Part shown: positions 43,885 to 56,340 of the stretch, in pieces | Layout of the letters: every line of letters begins with the position of its first letter | How positions within the stretch are numbered: position 1 is the first letter of the stretch | Assembly: GCA_043228905.1 (NCBI GenBank) | Contig: JBHGNT010000018.1 | Location: 3,658,001-3,722,000, forward strand | Source of the DNA: Azolla caroliniana | Taxonomy: Eukaryota; Plantae; Polypodiophyta | Length of the DNA stretch: 64,000 nucleotides | Direction: 5' to 3' | Made by a program: the position numbers and the translations under genes | Notes under the pieces: generated by a model | Told to the model about the DNA's origin: nothing | What the model saw: the letters and a program-made list of their open reading frames with translations, nothing else | Databases searched by the model: none

Positions 43885-45830
43885 ATGTAAGACTTTCCAC
43901 GCCTCAATCCTCCCTTCCCTATCTCTCAGACTGATCCTTTTTTTTTTTGCTTCTTTCCTCTGTGATACACAGGTCGAGGATTTGCGTAAAGAATATTCCA
44001 ACCTACATCACGGAGGACAGGCTCAGGGATCAGTTTAGTGCCAAGGGTGAGGTCACAGATGTCAAAATAATGAAAACCAGGTGGGTCTTCTCATCTGTAT
44101 AATGATTCACACAGATGGAGATGGAGATAGAGATAGATACACAATCTAAATAGGACCTATCTTCACACACTGTGCTTGTTCTCCATATCTCCGTATCTTC
44201 ATGTATTGTGTGCTTGTATAATAAATTAATGGTAAGGAAAGGCTTTATATATGCTCGACATCATATATAATACAGTAAGGCTTTATGCTTGAATACCTGT
44301 GATTGCATGTCTGATGCACATACGCACACCCACATCCCTACTTTCTCACTATCAAAAGATCATATTTCGTGATAACACTTTGTGGAAGCAGGGATGGACG
44401 GTCTCGGCAATTTGCATTTATTGGATATCGCACAACAGAAGAAGCTGCTGATGCATTGAAGTTTTTCAATCGATCATTCATTGATACTTCTCGGCTTACA
44501 TGTGAGGTCAGTAGCTGTTCCTATTAATATGCACTCTAGCACAAGAGGCTTGGATGTTATAAGAAAGGAACAAATTATGCATTAATAATCTATGCTTGAA
44601 AAGGCTATACAACCTCAAAATTAAATTTAAGTGAAGATTGAAGGGTTATAATCACCTAATATGGGTTATTATGACTTGTAGTTTTGAATCTAATCTTGTG
44701 TGGGGAGCAGTAGGTTTGTAAATATAAAATTAGCAGAATCTTTTTGCTTACTAGTTACACATTCTGTTAATGCAGATGATTATCTTGATATGTGAATAGT
44801 ATGTTGCCAGAAACTCTTGCAACCATCTAAGCCCTGTTTTCAAAACTAGTTGAAAATTTTATACTTCAAGTTTACTTGTAATTGTTAGCTCTAATATTTC
44901 ATGATTCCATGATTCCATGGAAATGTTGATGGGTGGGGTTGTATGCCCATTGACCTAGAATTGCCCCTATTTCAAAACAATACCACTTGTGGTGCTGACC
45001 ATTGCATGTGAAATGTAGTCCTAAAACTTGTAACTACCTTGTTTGCCTGTGCTAACTACATAAGCTACATGATTAATTCTCTTTCTGGATTGTGGATCCA
45101 TGCAGTATTGATGCTTCACTTTTGTAAATATCATTTGCTTCTCATAATGCACACATGAATTAATAGATTCTCCCATGATATCATGATTTGATAATCACAC
45201 TTGATATAAGACTCTATTCCCTATTACATATCTCCTTTCCATGAATTTTGCAGATAGCAAGGCCAGTAGGTGAAGAACTTGATGATCGTCCTTGGAGTCG
45301 CTATTCAAAAGGCAGTTCAGCGTATAATAAAGTGCATGAGGTTTCGACGGAGAAAGAATCATCTGCTGAAAAAAAGGTCAAAGATGAATCCTCTAACCAT
45401 GGCCAAGACCTTGTTGAAGATCCTGAACTTAACGAGTTCTTACAAGTTATGCAACCACGTAGCAAAAGCAAACTTTGGGCCAATGATTCCCTTGCAGGCA
45501 AAGATCAGAAAGATCATGTCAAGAAACAGAAAAACGACGCTAAGAAACATTCAAAGTCAGGAAAAAGCAAGAAAGATAAGCAAACTAAGGGAATAAATTC
45601 AACTGATAAACAGGAGAATTATGAACCTGTCATGGAGATGAATGCTGATGATGAATCCTATGAAGCCTCTGAAGCATCCTCCGAAGATGAGTTTGAACAT
45701 GAGGAATTAGTTACTGAAGACACAGAAGTAACAAATGCATTGGTAGGAGATGACACAATTTCAGATCTGGATTATCTTAAGCAAAGAGTGAGGGGGGACT
45801 GGAGTGAGGATGAGTCCGATGCTAATAGTG

Positions 45831-45867
<37 letters not shown>

Positions 45868-48800
45868 AAGTGGAAACGATACTGTGAAGGAAAGCAAAAA
45901 GGAAAATAAAAAAGAACATCTATCAAAGGAAAGCACAAAGGCATCCTCAGTTGAGAAGATGGGAGAAGACTTAATCGATGATACCCTTGAGAATGTGACC
46001 ATGAAGTCAAACACTCAAAATGGTCACACAGAAGAGGTAGTAGCTGATCATCAAGAAACTGTAGGAGAAACAGGGCGTTTGTTTGTGCGAAATCTTTCAT
46101 ATACTACAAGGTATAAATATACACACTTCATGTCATGGATTTTAATGATACAAATGCCGTCTAACATCATGGTTTGTGAGTAACCTTCTTGAGTGGACTT
46201 TATTTCCAGTGAAGAAGATTTGCAGGAGCTGTTTAGCCAATTTGGGGAATTATCTCAAGTTCACCTGGTGCTTGATAAGGAGACAAAACGCTCGAAAGGA
46301 TTTGCTTATATTTTGTATATGCTTCCGGAATCAGCTGCAAGGTTTGTCATAAGTCTTTGTTCCAGTGTTTGTTTCTATTATTTTTTGTTTCAGGTTCTGG
46401 AAGCTAATGAAGTTGTTACTTCTTGATATTATGGACTTGTTGGTGCAGGGCAATGGAAGCCTTGGATATGTCCACATTTCATGGGAGACTACTTCATATT
46501 TTGCCAGCTAAAAGACCTCCATCAATACCTCAAGCAGATTTGTACATACTTTCTCCCAATCTTATGCGATGTCTCCACAATTGAAAACACCACCTTTTGT
46601 ATGATAGTTTGCTGACAAACATCAGAAGATATCTGCAGATGTATCCTCCTGTGTAGATATGCCCTTATCCCCATTGTAAATGATAGAATCTTTCACTCTC
46701 CATAGATTAGATGCATTCTTTTCATGCTGCCAATGCAGAACTTTTGACTATCATGCTGCTTCACAACCTCAATCTTTATGTTCTAAATGTAAAAGCATAT
46801 GCCTTGTAGAAAATCCAATTCAAATGCTCCGGGATTGAATCAATTCAAGCAAGATAAAGAAGCCCAACGTAAGGCGGCAGAAGCAGGTGGAAGCACACAA
46901 GCTTGGAATTCCTTATTCATGCGTCCAGATACGGTATGTGTTTACAATCAACTTCTGTTTTCCATGTTAGAACTAAATCTGTGGTTGTTTTCACATTGAA
47001 ATAAAGGGATTTCTTCGTTTTAGGTCGCAGAAAATGTTGCAAGGAGATATGGGTTGTCAAAAAGTGATCTTTTAAATCCAGAAGCTGATGATCTAGCTGT
47101 AAGAATGGCATTGGGCGAGGCCCAAATTATAGCTGAGACAAAGAAGACCCTTTCTGATGAAGGAATCAACATTGAGATACTTGAAGAACTTGTATCTGGG
47201 AAGGCAGACAAGATCAAAAGAAGTAACCGTGTAATTCTTGTTAAGAATCTTCCATTTGAGACTTCGGAGACAGATTTGGTGACAATGTTTGGAAAGTTTG
47301 GTAGCTTAGAAAGAATAATCCTTCCACCAACGAAAACTCTTGCTGTGGTAACTACTGATTTGCTTCTTTTGCGGCTTTATTTTGCTCAGTTTTCTATGTT
47401 TTAAATTCTTAAATGGTGTTGATCAAGATAAATTTTTGTTTGTAATATGTTCAATGGATTGGAAGACTAATTATGAAAAAGATCTGTGCCAGGTGATATT
47501 TCTTGAGGTTTCTGAAGCACGGGCAGCATTCAAGGGACTTGCCTATAAACGCTTTAAGTGAGGCTCGATTCTAACCTTACTGAACTTTGCTAAAATGTTT
47601 TCAAGTCCAATTCTGAGCAGAACATTATACTAGAGTATTGATGGATGCAATGACTTTCTTTTAAAGTTGATTGATTTTGTTTTACCAGGCATGTTCCTTT
47701 GTATTTGGAATGGGCTCCTGAGAAGATTATTAGTGGAAACTTGCATAAAAAGGTGGATAAAGGACCAGTATTGGCAATTGGAGGTGATCAAGTTAAACGA
47801 GCTGCTCTGGAGCAGCAGCTTATAGCTTCAACAAATGGAGATACCGATTTGGACTCAACTGAGGTAGAGTGTTTTATTTTTATTATGGAGAAGGGTAACA
47901 GTTTACTGTGTTTATCATTCTTTGGATTTGTCTAATACTTCAGACGGTATTGAAATGCAGTCGAGGTCAGTGTTCATTAAGAATCTAAATTTTTCAACAT
48001 CAGAAACTGCATTAAAGCAACATTTGCAGAGGAATATGAATCTTGGTTCCCTTCGGAGTGTAGTCGTAAGTGACTTTTTTTCAGATCATGATCTTGAGTT
48101 CCTCAATTTTAGGGGAATGCTGTACTAAACACATCCTTTGCAGATCAAAATGAAGCGACAAAAGTCTGGAAAGATATTATCAATGGGATTTGGATTTGCA
48201 GAGTTTGATACACCAGAGACAGCACGAGCTGTCTGCAAACAATTGCAGGTAAAAGAAAAAGACAATATTGTATCTTTACTGAGCATGGAGATGTTATATA
48301 GCACTGTGATTGTCACACTCCTCTGCATATGGAATTCAGGGAACAGTTTTGGATGGGCATGCACTTATTTTGCAATTGAGTCATGTAAAAGACCTGGTAC
48401 CTGTAAAACTTTCTGTTAATAATGAGAGCTCAACAAAGCTTATTGTACGAAATGTTGCATTTGAAGCAACAAAGAAAGATCTTCAGCAACTGTTTAGTCC
48501 CTTTGGTCAGGTTAGCTCAAATTGTCTTTGATTGAAAAGTAGGCTTGAGTTTTGTATACTTGGCAGAATTTTGCTAAACACATTTTTTTGTGTACTAATA
48601 CAGATAAAAAGTTTGAGGTTGCCCAAGAAATTTGATGGAAGTCATAGGGGTTTTGCATTTCTAGAATTTCTCACCAAACAAGAAGCATCAAATGCATATA
48701 ATGCACTTTCAAGCACCCATTTGTATGGGCGCCACTTGGTATGAATCTAGTATGGTCATTTTTAGTATTACAGTCCAATGAAATGCGAGTGTTGATTTCT

Positions 48801-48975
48801 TTTTGTTTACCAGGTAATAGAGAAGGCAAAAGAAGGTGAAAGTTTGGAGGAATTGCGAGCTAGAACAGCAATTCAGTTCTCTGAGGAAGCCAATGGTCAT
48901 ACAAGGCCATCAAAGAAACAAAAGAAAAACGTACTGGATGATGCAGTTACAAAATTTGGAAAGATCACTGGATGA
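43885..48975 (+). CDS. MRD1: Multiple RNA-binding domain protein 1 (MRD1/RBM19, ribosome biogenesis), 15 exons: 43885-43886, 43973-44080, 44392-44506, 45254-46110, 46210-46341, 46449-46541, 46810-46933, 47024-47347, 47493-47557, 47689-47863, 47961-48065, 48144-48248, 48340-48510, 48604-48738, 48814-48975
   Basis: Spliced product [10 protein letters not shown]...[12 protein letters not shown]...[10 protein letters not shown]...[18 protein letters not shown]...VPLYLEWAP...[13 protein letters not shown]...[19 protein letters not shown]. All introns are GT-AG with consistent phases. Confidence 0.93.
45827..45871 (+). repeat. Coding hexanucleotide microsatellite (AGTGAA)7 encoding a Ser-Glu run
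   Basis: [15 protein letters not shown] in the acidic linker between RRM1 and the next RRM. Confidence 0.95.
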
Positions 48976-51913
48976 GATGTGCATCTCTGTAGTTTATTAT
49001 CATGACATGTAACATCAACGATACTGTATAAATATTTGAGGTTCATCTTTGACAGTGAAGATGGTTTTGAAGGCTGTGTATAGTTCAAGGAAACAACTCA
49101 TCTTAATCATCTTTGGAGGCAGTCCTGGTTCATGCTCACCTTCCAAAGTTTATTTGCTATTTTAAGGTTTTTCAAGAAAAGCCTTAAATGTATTTTCTGG
49201 GTGGTATTACAAATATTCTTCCAGTGACATGTGTGACCAAATATTGTGACAAAGCACTCTACCCAGCGTTGTAAATGGGGGAATTTAAAATATACTGAAA
49301 AGAAAAAAACAAAAGCAGAAAATGAAAAATGAAGCACATTTTCAAAATTTCATTGTTTGAAATCTTCCTTGAGTTTGGTCTTGCGGTCAAGTACATGAGC
49401 AATCGTAAAACTTACGATGTTGGGTTCTTCTATATTGCGTTTTTGTCTTCCAATGTTGCCTAGTAACATGGATGTTGGGTTCTTCTATATTTTGTTTTGT
49501 GTCTTTCAATTTTGCTGAGTAGCAACATGGTTTTGTATTCTCCTGTCCTTGCTTTTCCTCTGCAATAGTACTCAAACTTAGATCTCTGTTAGGCTGGTGT
49601 ATATTTTGTTTTTGACATCTTCCAATGTGGCTGAGTAGACATGGACTCATATTCTCATGTCCTTTTACGTACATATTCATTGACATTTAGGTATTCTTTA
49701 ACATGCCACTGTTTAATCCAATTTCCAGATGTCTTGGACTCAACTAGGTCAAAGAGATTTGCTTTTGTATGGCAAGCATCCAATTTCCCATGTAGGGAGG
49801 CAATTTCATGGTGTTGTCCTTGCTCTTAATATGTACCTGTAAACTCTGAAATGCATAGAGCTCTATTGGTTTTCTTCCAGTTCTATTGGCACTATTGACT
49901 ATGGGGTTGTATTGTTTAGACATGGAAATTTCTTTTGTATTTCCTTTATTTCGTTCTAAGCCTTAGTTTTTGTTCAACCTGCATCCTACTTGGTATAACC
50001 AGGCCACTGTTTCTTTCCTAGATGTCGATACACTTCCACTTTTTCCTTCTTTCTTGTAAGTTTGTCCTTGAGATTGTGTTGAAAGCGTTCTTGAAAACTA
50101 CAAACCAATAAAACAATGATTGTACCTTAAACTGATTCTACTCTGTTATGACCTGGAGACAAATGAGAAATCAATAGTGCCGTGTTGGGTTGGGGCCCTG
50201 ATTATGCCATGGTTCTTGTTGTGTTTTTCTGTCCATTCACATAAGATTCTGCTATAATTGTGTGATAGACGACAAGTTAATTTCTGTTCCATTCTTTGTA
50301 CAATATTTTGATCCAATTCTCTTGTCAAATCTCAAGGAAAAACTTTGCTATTGCCTGATTTGGTAAAATACAACGTATCCATTTGTTAGTGATTCGGTCA
50401 CACTATTTTAGCAATGCTGAGAATTGGTTAAGTATGACTGCATTTTGCCATTTTGAAGTTTTTCCATGCTATTCATTATCTAGTCCTCAAAAGCTTCCAT
50501 GTGCATAAGGGGTTCATGGATCTTTCCTCTTTGTCCAATTGTAACATATTGTCAAGATTTCAGCTGAGTACCTGTTCCATGCACAGTCCTTTGATTTGTA
50601 CATGCACACGTGTGCACACACGTGATTTAGAACAGGGAGAATGTGGTGACACAACATACCTGCTCTTTATGATGCATGTTTGCTACATCTTACCTACTTG
50701 GGTTTATAATGCAAGCTTTTTGAAGACAATGCAAGTCGATTGATAATGAGATAACCACTTATAAATACATCCAAACATTCCTCAAAAACAACCATATATT
50801 CTCTTTGTGAGGTTTCACATGTGCACATCTCAATAAGGATCAAAGTTGCATCAGACATCACAATACACGAAAATCAACAACCCAAGATCATTTATAAACA
50901 TCTCTAAACAATGGTGGAAGATTTGCATCTCGAAGTTCATTCACGCAAAATTGCAAATACAGCCAATGTTCAGAGTCCATCCATTGTTACAAGATGGATG
51001 TACCTCAAATTAACTGCACAACTTTGGATGCATCCATTAGAGCTCTGACTCAGGAAAAATTGTGTTCTATACAGAATATTTGGATTTGCACATCGTTGCT
51101 CTCATTTTCCAGTATACATAACCATATATCCAACAGTGTTTCATGAATTTTTATAATTTTTATAATCATGCTCCAACACACTTCCAAACTGTGCAGTGTG
51201 AATATTCACAATCAAGGAAATGAGATAAAACCAGTACACGTTTTTGGGATTTGGGAGCACAAAGGTGTACCCAATTATTAGCATTTCTCTTATATATATA
51301 TATATTCCTATATTATTCTGTAACAAGCAGTAGACCTACAGGTAAATGTGAACCCATTATATATACTGCACAACAGCCTTAAGCTAAACAACCTCTTTGG
51401 TCACGTCTCATTAATTGTGAATGTTTTGGAGCCGCTAGATTTTTACTTAATGAACCTTTTTTTGCATCATGCATGGATGCCACACCTTGCACCAAGAGAC
51501 ATTACAACTAAAGTATAGGCTTCAGATGGCAAGAATGGTCGTTTATACAAATTTACAAATGAAAATTGTTTGTGAAATCCTTGGTTTCTTCACATGGATC
51601 TCTTGCATTTGTGGTTCATTTGATCTCTTCTTGTGAAATCATTTACAATATATGCATTAGTACACCAAATCAATGGTGTGCATTTTTCCCCAGTGGTTCT
51701 TAGAGGCTTGCTTGCATCAGCTGTCTAGAGTGTCTATCTACAAGGAAGAGCATATTTCAATCAAATGGGCTGCACCCAACTTGCAGAAACCATGATTCAA
51801 TGAGGCAACAGTTTGCTGCTGAGATCTACAACGAGGATTTGTATTTACATTTAACCTCACACTTATGTTGTGAACAGATTTTTTGATACAAATCGATCAT
51901 CAGATTCCATTCA

Positions 51914-54900
51914 TTATTCTTCCATAACATCTACATAGATATTGGACATCAAGACAAAGATATCAGAATGACGTTTCTGATTGTGTGTCAGCAAACACTC
52001 AAAAATCTGTTTACTAAGGTCAATATTGCCCAACTTCCTGCAACAATCTAACACAATCTTCCATGTAACAAGATCAGGCTCACACGGCATCATGTTCACT
52101 ATTCTAACCATCTCATCGAGTTGCCCGGCTCGACCATGGAGATCAAGTAAGGAATTATGATGCTTAATTGTAGGAATGATTCCAAAGTCGTTTGTCATAG
52201 TATTAAAATACATGTTTGCTTCTTCAAGAAGACCGCTATGGCTGCACACACTTAAAATACTGAGAAATGTTGTTTCAGTGGGCTCAATCCCTTCTCCTTT
52301 AAGCCTATCATACAAATGAAAGACGGCTTCACTCTCACCTTGCCGAGCATATCCAGCAATCAATGCATTCCAGGAGATGATTCTTTGGATGGGAAGCTTC
52401 TCAAAGACTTCCCGAGCTTCTGAGAGTGAGCCACATTTAGCATAAAGGTCCACCAATGTGTTGCAGATCAAAAGATCTGTATCCAATCCTCTCTTGACAA
52501 TATCGATATGTATAGCTCTTCCTCTGCTTGAATTGCCTATGCTTCCACAGGCTTTCAAAGTACTAAGAAATGTGATAGAATCAGCAACAACGCCTTCCAA
52601 TTGCATTTGATCTAGGAAGTCCAGTCTTTCCTCATTAAGTCCATACTCAGCATATCCAGCCAACAGTGCAGTCCATGGCACAGTATCTCGAACTAGAAGC
52701 TCATCAAACACATCTTGTGCTTCCTCCAGTGAGCTGAACTTAGTATACATTACCACTAATGCCCCACCAATGGAAGGATCTTCATCAAATCCATCTTGGA
52801 TAATCTTGGCATGCAATTCACGGCCCCGGTCTATATATCCACTGCAGCTACATGCTTTCAAACAACAAACAAAGGCGACAGCATTTGGATATATTCCTTC
52901 TGCTTCCATTTGTTTGAAACATTCTATAGCTCTCTCAGCAAATCCATGATCAGTATAAGCTGAAATCAATGCATTCCATGAGACTACATCTCGATCTAAA
53001 AGTCCATCAAACATTTTCTGGCTTTCATCAAGGGAACTGCATTTTGAATACATATCTACTAAAATGCTGATTATAAATGGATCTGCTTCAAATCCCACTT
53101 TTGCAATTTGAGCATGTAAACGACGACCTTCATCTAAGGTTCCTAGACATGTACAAGCTTTCAAACCTAGAAGAAAGGTGACAGCACAGGGACACAGTCC
53201 TCCTGATTGCACATCATCCAAGCATAAGAGAGCTTCCTCAGCATATCCATGTCGAATATATCCAGCCATGAGTGCAGACCATGAACCTATAGGATGCACT
53301 GGCTGCTCATCAAATACCTCCCATGCCTCATCAAATAATCCTAACTTTGCATACATATCTACTAAACTGCTACAAACAGAGGAATCACTCTCAAAACCCT
53401 CCTTAATTATTGACATATGAAGAGACCTACCTTTCTCAGCAGATGGTATACTGCCACACGCTTTCAAGCTGCAAATGTAAGTAATAGCATCTGGAGCAAC
53501 ACCATCTACCTGCATTTGCTCAAAACATTCTAAGGCTTTTTCTCCAAGACCATAGTCAGCATACCCTGCAATTAGTGCAGTCCAAGAGATTACAGTTTGA
53601 ACTGTTAAGTCATTAAACAATTCTTGGGCTTCTACAAGTGCACCACACTTCGCATACCCTGCAATCAAAGCACTTTGTGAGACCACGTCGTCAGTCGATA
53701 TCATCCCAAAAACATTCCGTGCCTCGATCAAGGAACCACATTTAGCATACACATCTATCAAAGCGCTACAAATGTATGAATGTGTTTCTAATCCCTGATT
53801 AACAATTTTTATATGTATTTCTTGAATTTTGGATACATTGCTACTGTTTCCACATGCATGTAAGCCACAAAGGTACATATAAGGTGTAAGGGGGACACCA
53901 TCTAACTCCATCTGCTCAATGCAGTTGAGTACTTCCTTGAAGTATCCATGGTCAAAATAGCCAGACAGTAACAAATTCCATGATCCCATACCTCGAATTG
54001 AGAGCTCATTGAATATTTCTTTCGCTTCATCGATCAAACCACACTTTACATACATCTCCAATAGACTATTAGAAATATTGAGCTCTCTTTCAAGATCCTC
54101 CATAACAACATTGGCATGCATTTTCCGTCCTTCATCTATGGTCTTTATGTTTCCACATGCTTTCAAAATACAAGCAAAAGAGACAGAATCCAAACATGAT
54201 CCTTCTCGTTGCATTTGATCCAGGCATCTCAAGGTATCACCAACATATTTATGATTGGCATAGCCGGATATCAAAGAGTTCCACAAGACTGCATCTCGAG
54301 ATGGAAAGAGATCAAATAACATTTGGGCTTCTAAAAGCAAACCACACTTTGCATACATGTCCACCAATGAACTTCCAACAAAATGATTTGTTTCAAATCC
54401 TTGCTTGGTTATTAGCACATGAATATGTTGGCCAGTCTCTATAGCTCCCAAGTTGCCACAAGCTTTGGCACAGCAAATAAAAGTTACATCATCCAGAGAA
54501 AGACTATGCTGTGATTGCATCTCTTTCATACAGGAAAGACACTCTTCGTTTAACCCATATTCAACATAACCAGTAATGAGAGCATTCCATGAAACTATGT
54601 CTTTGACCAAGAGCTCATCAAACACATCTTTTGCTTCCAAAAAGAAGCCACATTTGGCATATGTATCTAGCAGAGTGTTGCTAACAAAGGTTTCGATCTC
54701 GTAGCCTTCCTTGACTATATCTGTATGCAATGCTAAAACCATGTCAATTTCTTTCAATGTACTGCAAGCTTTCAATGTGCAAAGAAAAGTCACATCATTT
54801 GGTGATATTCCTTCAAATTGCATCTGCCTGTAAGAAGAAAGGGCCTCATGCCCTAGCCCATGTTCTGTGTATCCCTTAATAAGGGTAGTCCATGAAACAA

Positions 54901-55465
54901 CGTCTTGGGCATCTAGGTTGTATAATATGTCCCAGGCATCTGAGAGCCATCCACATTTTGCATACATGTCAATGATAGTATTCCCTAGTATTTGGTTTGT
55001 TTCAAACCCCTCAAATACTATCTGGGCATGCACTTCCTGCCCTTTTTCCACACATTTCAATGTTGTACACGCCTTCAGTAGCTCCATGAAAGTGAATATG
55101 CTAGGCTCAATACATGCTTCTTGCATTTCTTCAAACAGAGAGAGGGAAAATTCTGGGTTTCCAGAGTGCAGATATCCTTGTATGAGGGATGTCCAAGAGA
55201 TTTCATTCCGATCAACAAGCCCCAGAAAGACACGATGGGCCTCACTGATGCTTCCACACTGCACAAACATAGGAACGAGATAATTTCCAATATCCTCAAG
55301 CCCATTGCCGCATACATGCGTGTGGATGCATGTGGCACACGTGAGATCCTTCTCTCTTCTACATTTCTGGATGGAGGATATGAAGGCATCAACAGAAGGT
55401 AGCTGGTCCGGAGGAGGAGGAGGTCCAAATCCGAGCCCGAAACCAAGGGGTAGAGTGATCGTCAT
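51914..55465 (-). CDS. PLS-class pentatricopeptide repeat protein (~1180 aa, single exon) ending in a truncated E domain, no DYW; putative organellar RNA-editing specificity factor
   Basis: Repeated P-L-S triplets (VVSWNALI.GY / TF...LKAC / LVDMYAKCG) and C-terminus LLDLHGRAGQL..MPCEPDLVTW..VLMSNIY. First in-frame ATG at 55465. Confidence 0.95.
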   Translation of the reverse strand: MTITLPLGFGLGFGPPPPPDQLPSVDAFISSIQKCRREKDLTCATCIHTHVCGNGLEDIGNYLVPMFVQCGSISEAHRVFLGLVDRNEISWTSLIQGYLHSGNPEFSLSLFEEMQEACIEPSIFTFMELLKACTTLKCVEKGQEVHAQIVFEGFETNQILGNTIIDMYAKCGWLSDAWDILYNLDAQDVVSWTTLIKGYTEHGLGHEALSSYRQMQFEGISPNDVTFLCTLKACSTLKEIDMVLALHTDIVKEGYEIETFVSNTLLDTYAKCGFFLEAKDVFDELLVKDIVSWNALITGYVEYGLNEECLSCMKEMQSQHSLSLDDVTFICCAKACGNLGAIETGQHIHVLITKQGFETNHFVGSSLVDMYAKCGLLLEAQMLFDLFPSRDAVLWNSLISGYANHKYVGDTLRCLDQMQREGSCLDSVSFACILKACGNIKTIDEGRKMHANVVMEDLERELNISNSLLEMYVKCGLIDEAKEIFNELSIRGMGSWNLLLSGYFDHGYFKEVLNCIEQMELDGVPLTPYMYLCGLHACGNSSNVSKIQEIHIKIVNQGLETHSYICSALIDVYAKCGSLIEARNVFGMISTDDVVSQSALIAGYAKCGALVEAQELFNDLTVQTVISWTALIAGYADYGLGEKALECFEQMQVDGVAPDAITYICSLKACGSIPSAEKGRSLHMSIIKEGFESDSSVCSSLVDMYAKLGLFDEAWEVFDEQPVHPIGSWSALMAGYIRHGYAEEALLCLDDVQSGGLCPCAVTFLLGLKACTCLGTLDEGRRLHAQIAKVGFEADPFIISILVDMYSKCSSLDESQKMFDGLLDRDVVSWNALISAYTDHGFAERAIECFKQMEAEGIYPNAVAFVCCLKACSCSGYIDRGRELHAKIIQDGFDEDPSIGGALVVMYTKFSSLEEAQDVFDELLVRDTVPWTALLAGYAEYGLNEERLDFLDQMQLEGVVADSITFLSTLKACGSIGNSSRGRAIHIDIVKRGLDTDLLICNTLVDLYAKCGSLSEAREVFEKLPIQRIISWNALIAGYARQGESEAVFHLYDRLKGEGIEPTETTFLSILSVCSHSGLLEEANMYFNTMTNDFGIIPTIKHHNSLLDLHGRAGQLDEMVRIVNMMPCEPDLVTWKIVLDCCRKLGNIDLSKQIFECLLTHNQKRHSDIFVLMSNIYVDVMEE

Positions 55466-55761
55466 CACATTGTGCAGACGCCAGATGGAGAACAGGGATC
55501 CAAAGATGAAGCTGTGGAATAACTCCTCGCCATTGAAAGAAGAAGAAGAAGAAGAAGAAGAATCCTCTCCTCACTGATCAGTGGAGATTGCTAGAGAGAG
55601 ATCATTCTGAAAAGATTAAGCAGATAAATCAATGACTGAATGACTGAGGCTAGGAGTTAGTTATATCCTATTATCTATATATGTACATGTATATATCAAA
55701 TTTCAATCGCCCACAATTTGCAAGTTGCAACTAACATTAGCTAAGAAATTCTTTACCAGAA

Positions 55762-56041
55762 AATGCCACTTGTGGAATGTAGGGATTGAACCCTTGACCT
55801 TCCTGGTTTCCATTGGCTCTCTCTCTCTCTCTCTCTCTATTTTTTTTTAATCATAATGAGCTTACTCCCTATTGGTAAGTTGTTACACTAGAAGTGTTAG
55901 ACCTTGGGGGTTCCACTCCCAATTTTCTCACCTCTCTATTATATACTTAATACATGATATCTCTTAATTCAGTAGATGCCACTGTAAAATGTAGGGGTTG
56001 AACCCATGACCTCTTGGTCTCCATTGGGTAACCTTATCACT

Positions 56042-56106
<65 letters not shown>
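55762..56106. repeat. tRNA-derived (SINE-like) modules separated by (CT)n tracts
   Basis: Minus-strand B boxes GGGTTCAATCCC and GGGTTCAACCCC; plus-strand decayed module 55858-55925; homologous to 58462-58636. Confidence 0.65.
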
Positions 56107-56109
<3 letters not shown>

Positions 56110-56340
56110 TGAAAACACACAATTATATTAATAAATGTGTGTAAAAAACACTACTTACAATGGGTGTGACAATGGAGTTTTTCTACAATGGAGTACGCTT
56201 TCACTCCATGTCTACCATCGAATACAAAAGCGTTGCGCATTTTCCAATTATGACGCAATCCCCAATATCTTAAAAATAGAAAAACAATCTCCATCTTTGA
56301 TTTTGGGTCAACCTGTGTAAATTATGCAAACACCCACTGC

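Noticed and set aside
49400-51900. Possible extra gene or DYW exon between MRD1 and the PPR
   Set aside because: Only short ORFs, isolated splice-like signals and a degenerate ~55-bp repeat; no recognisable protein motif.
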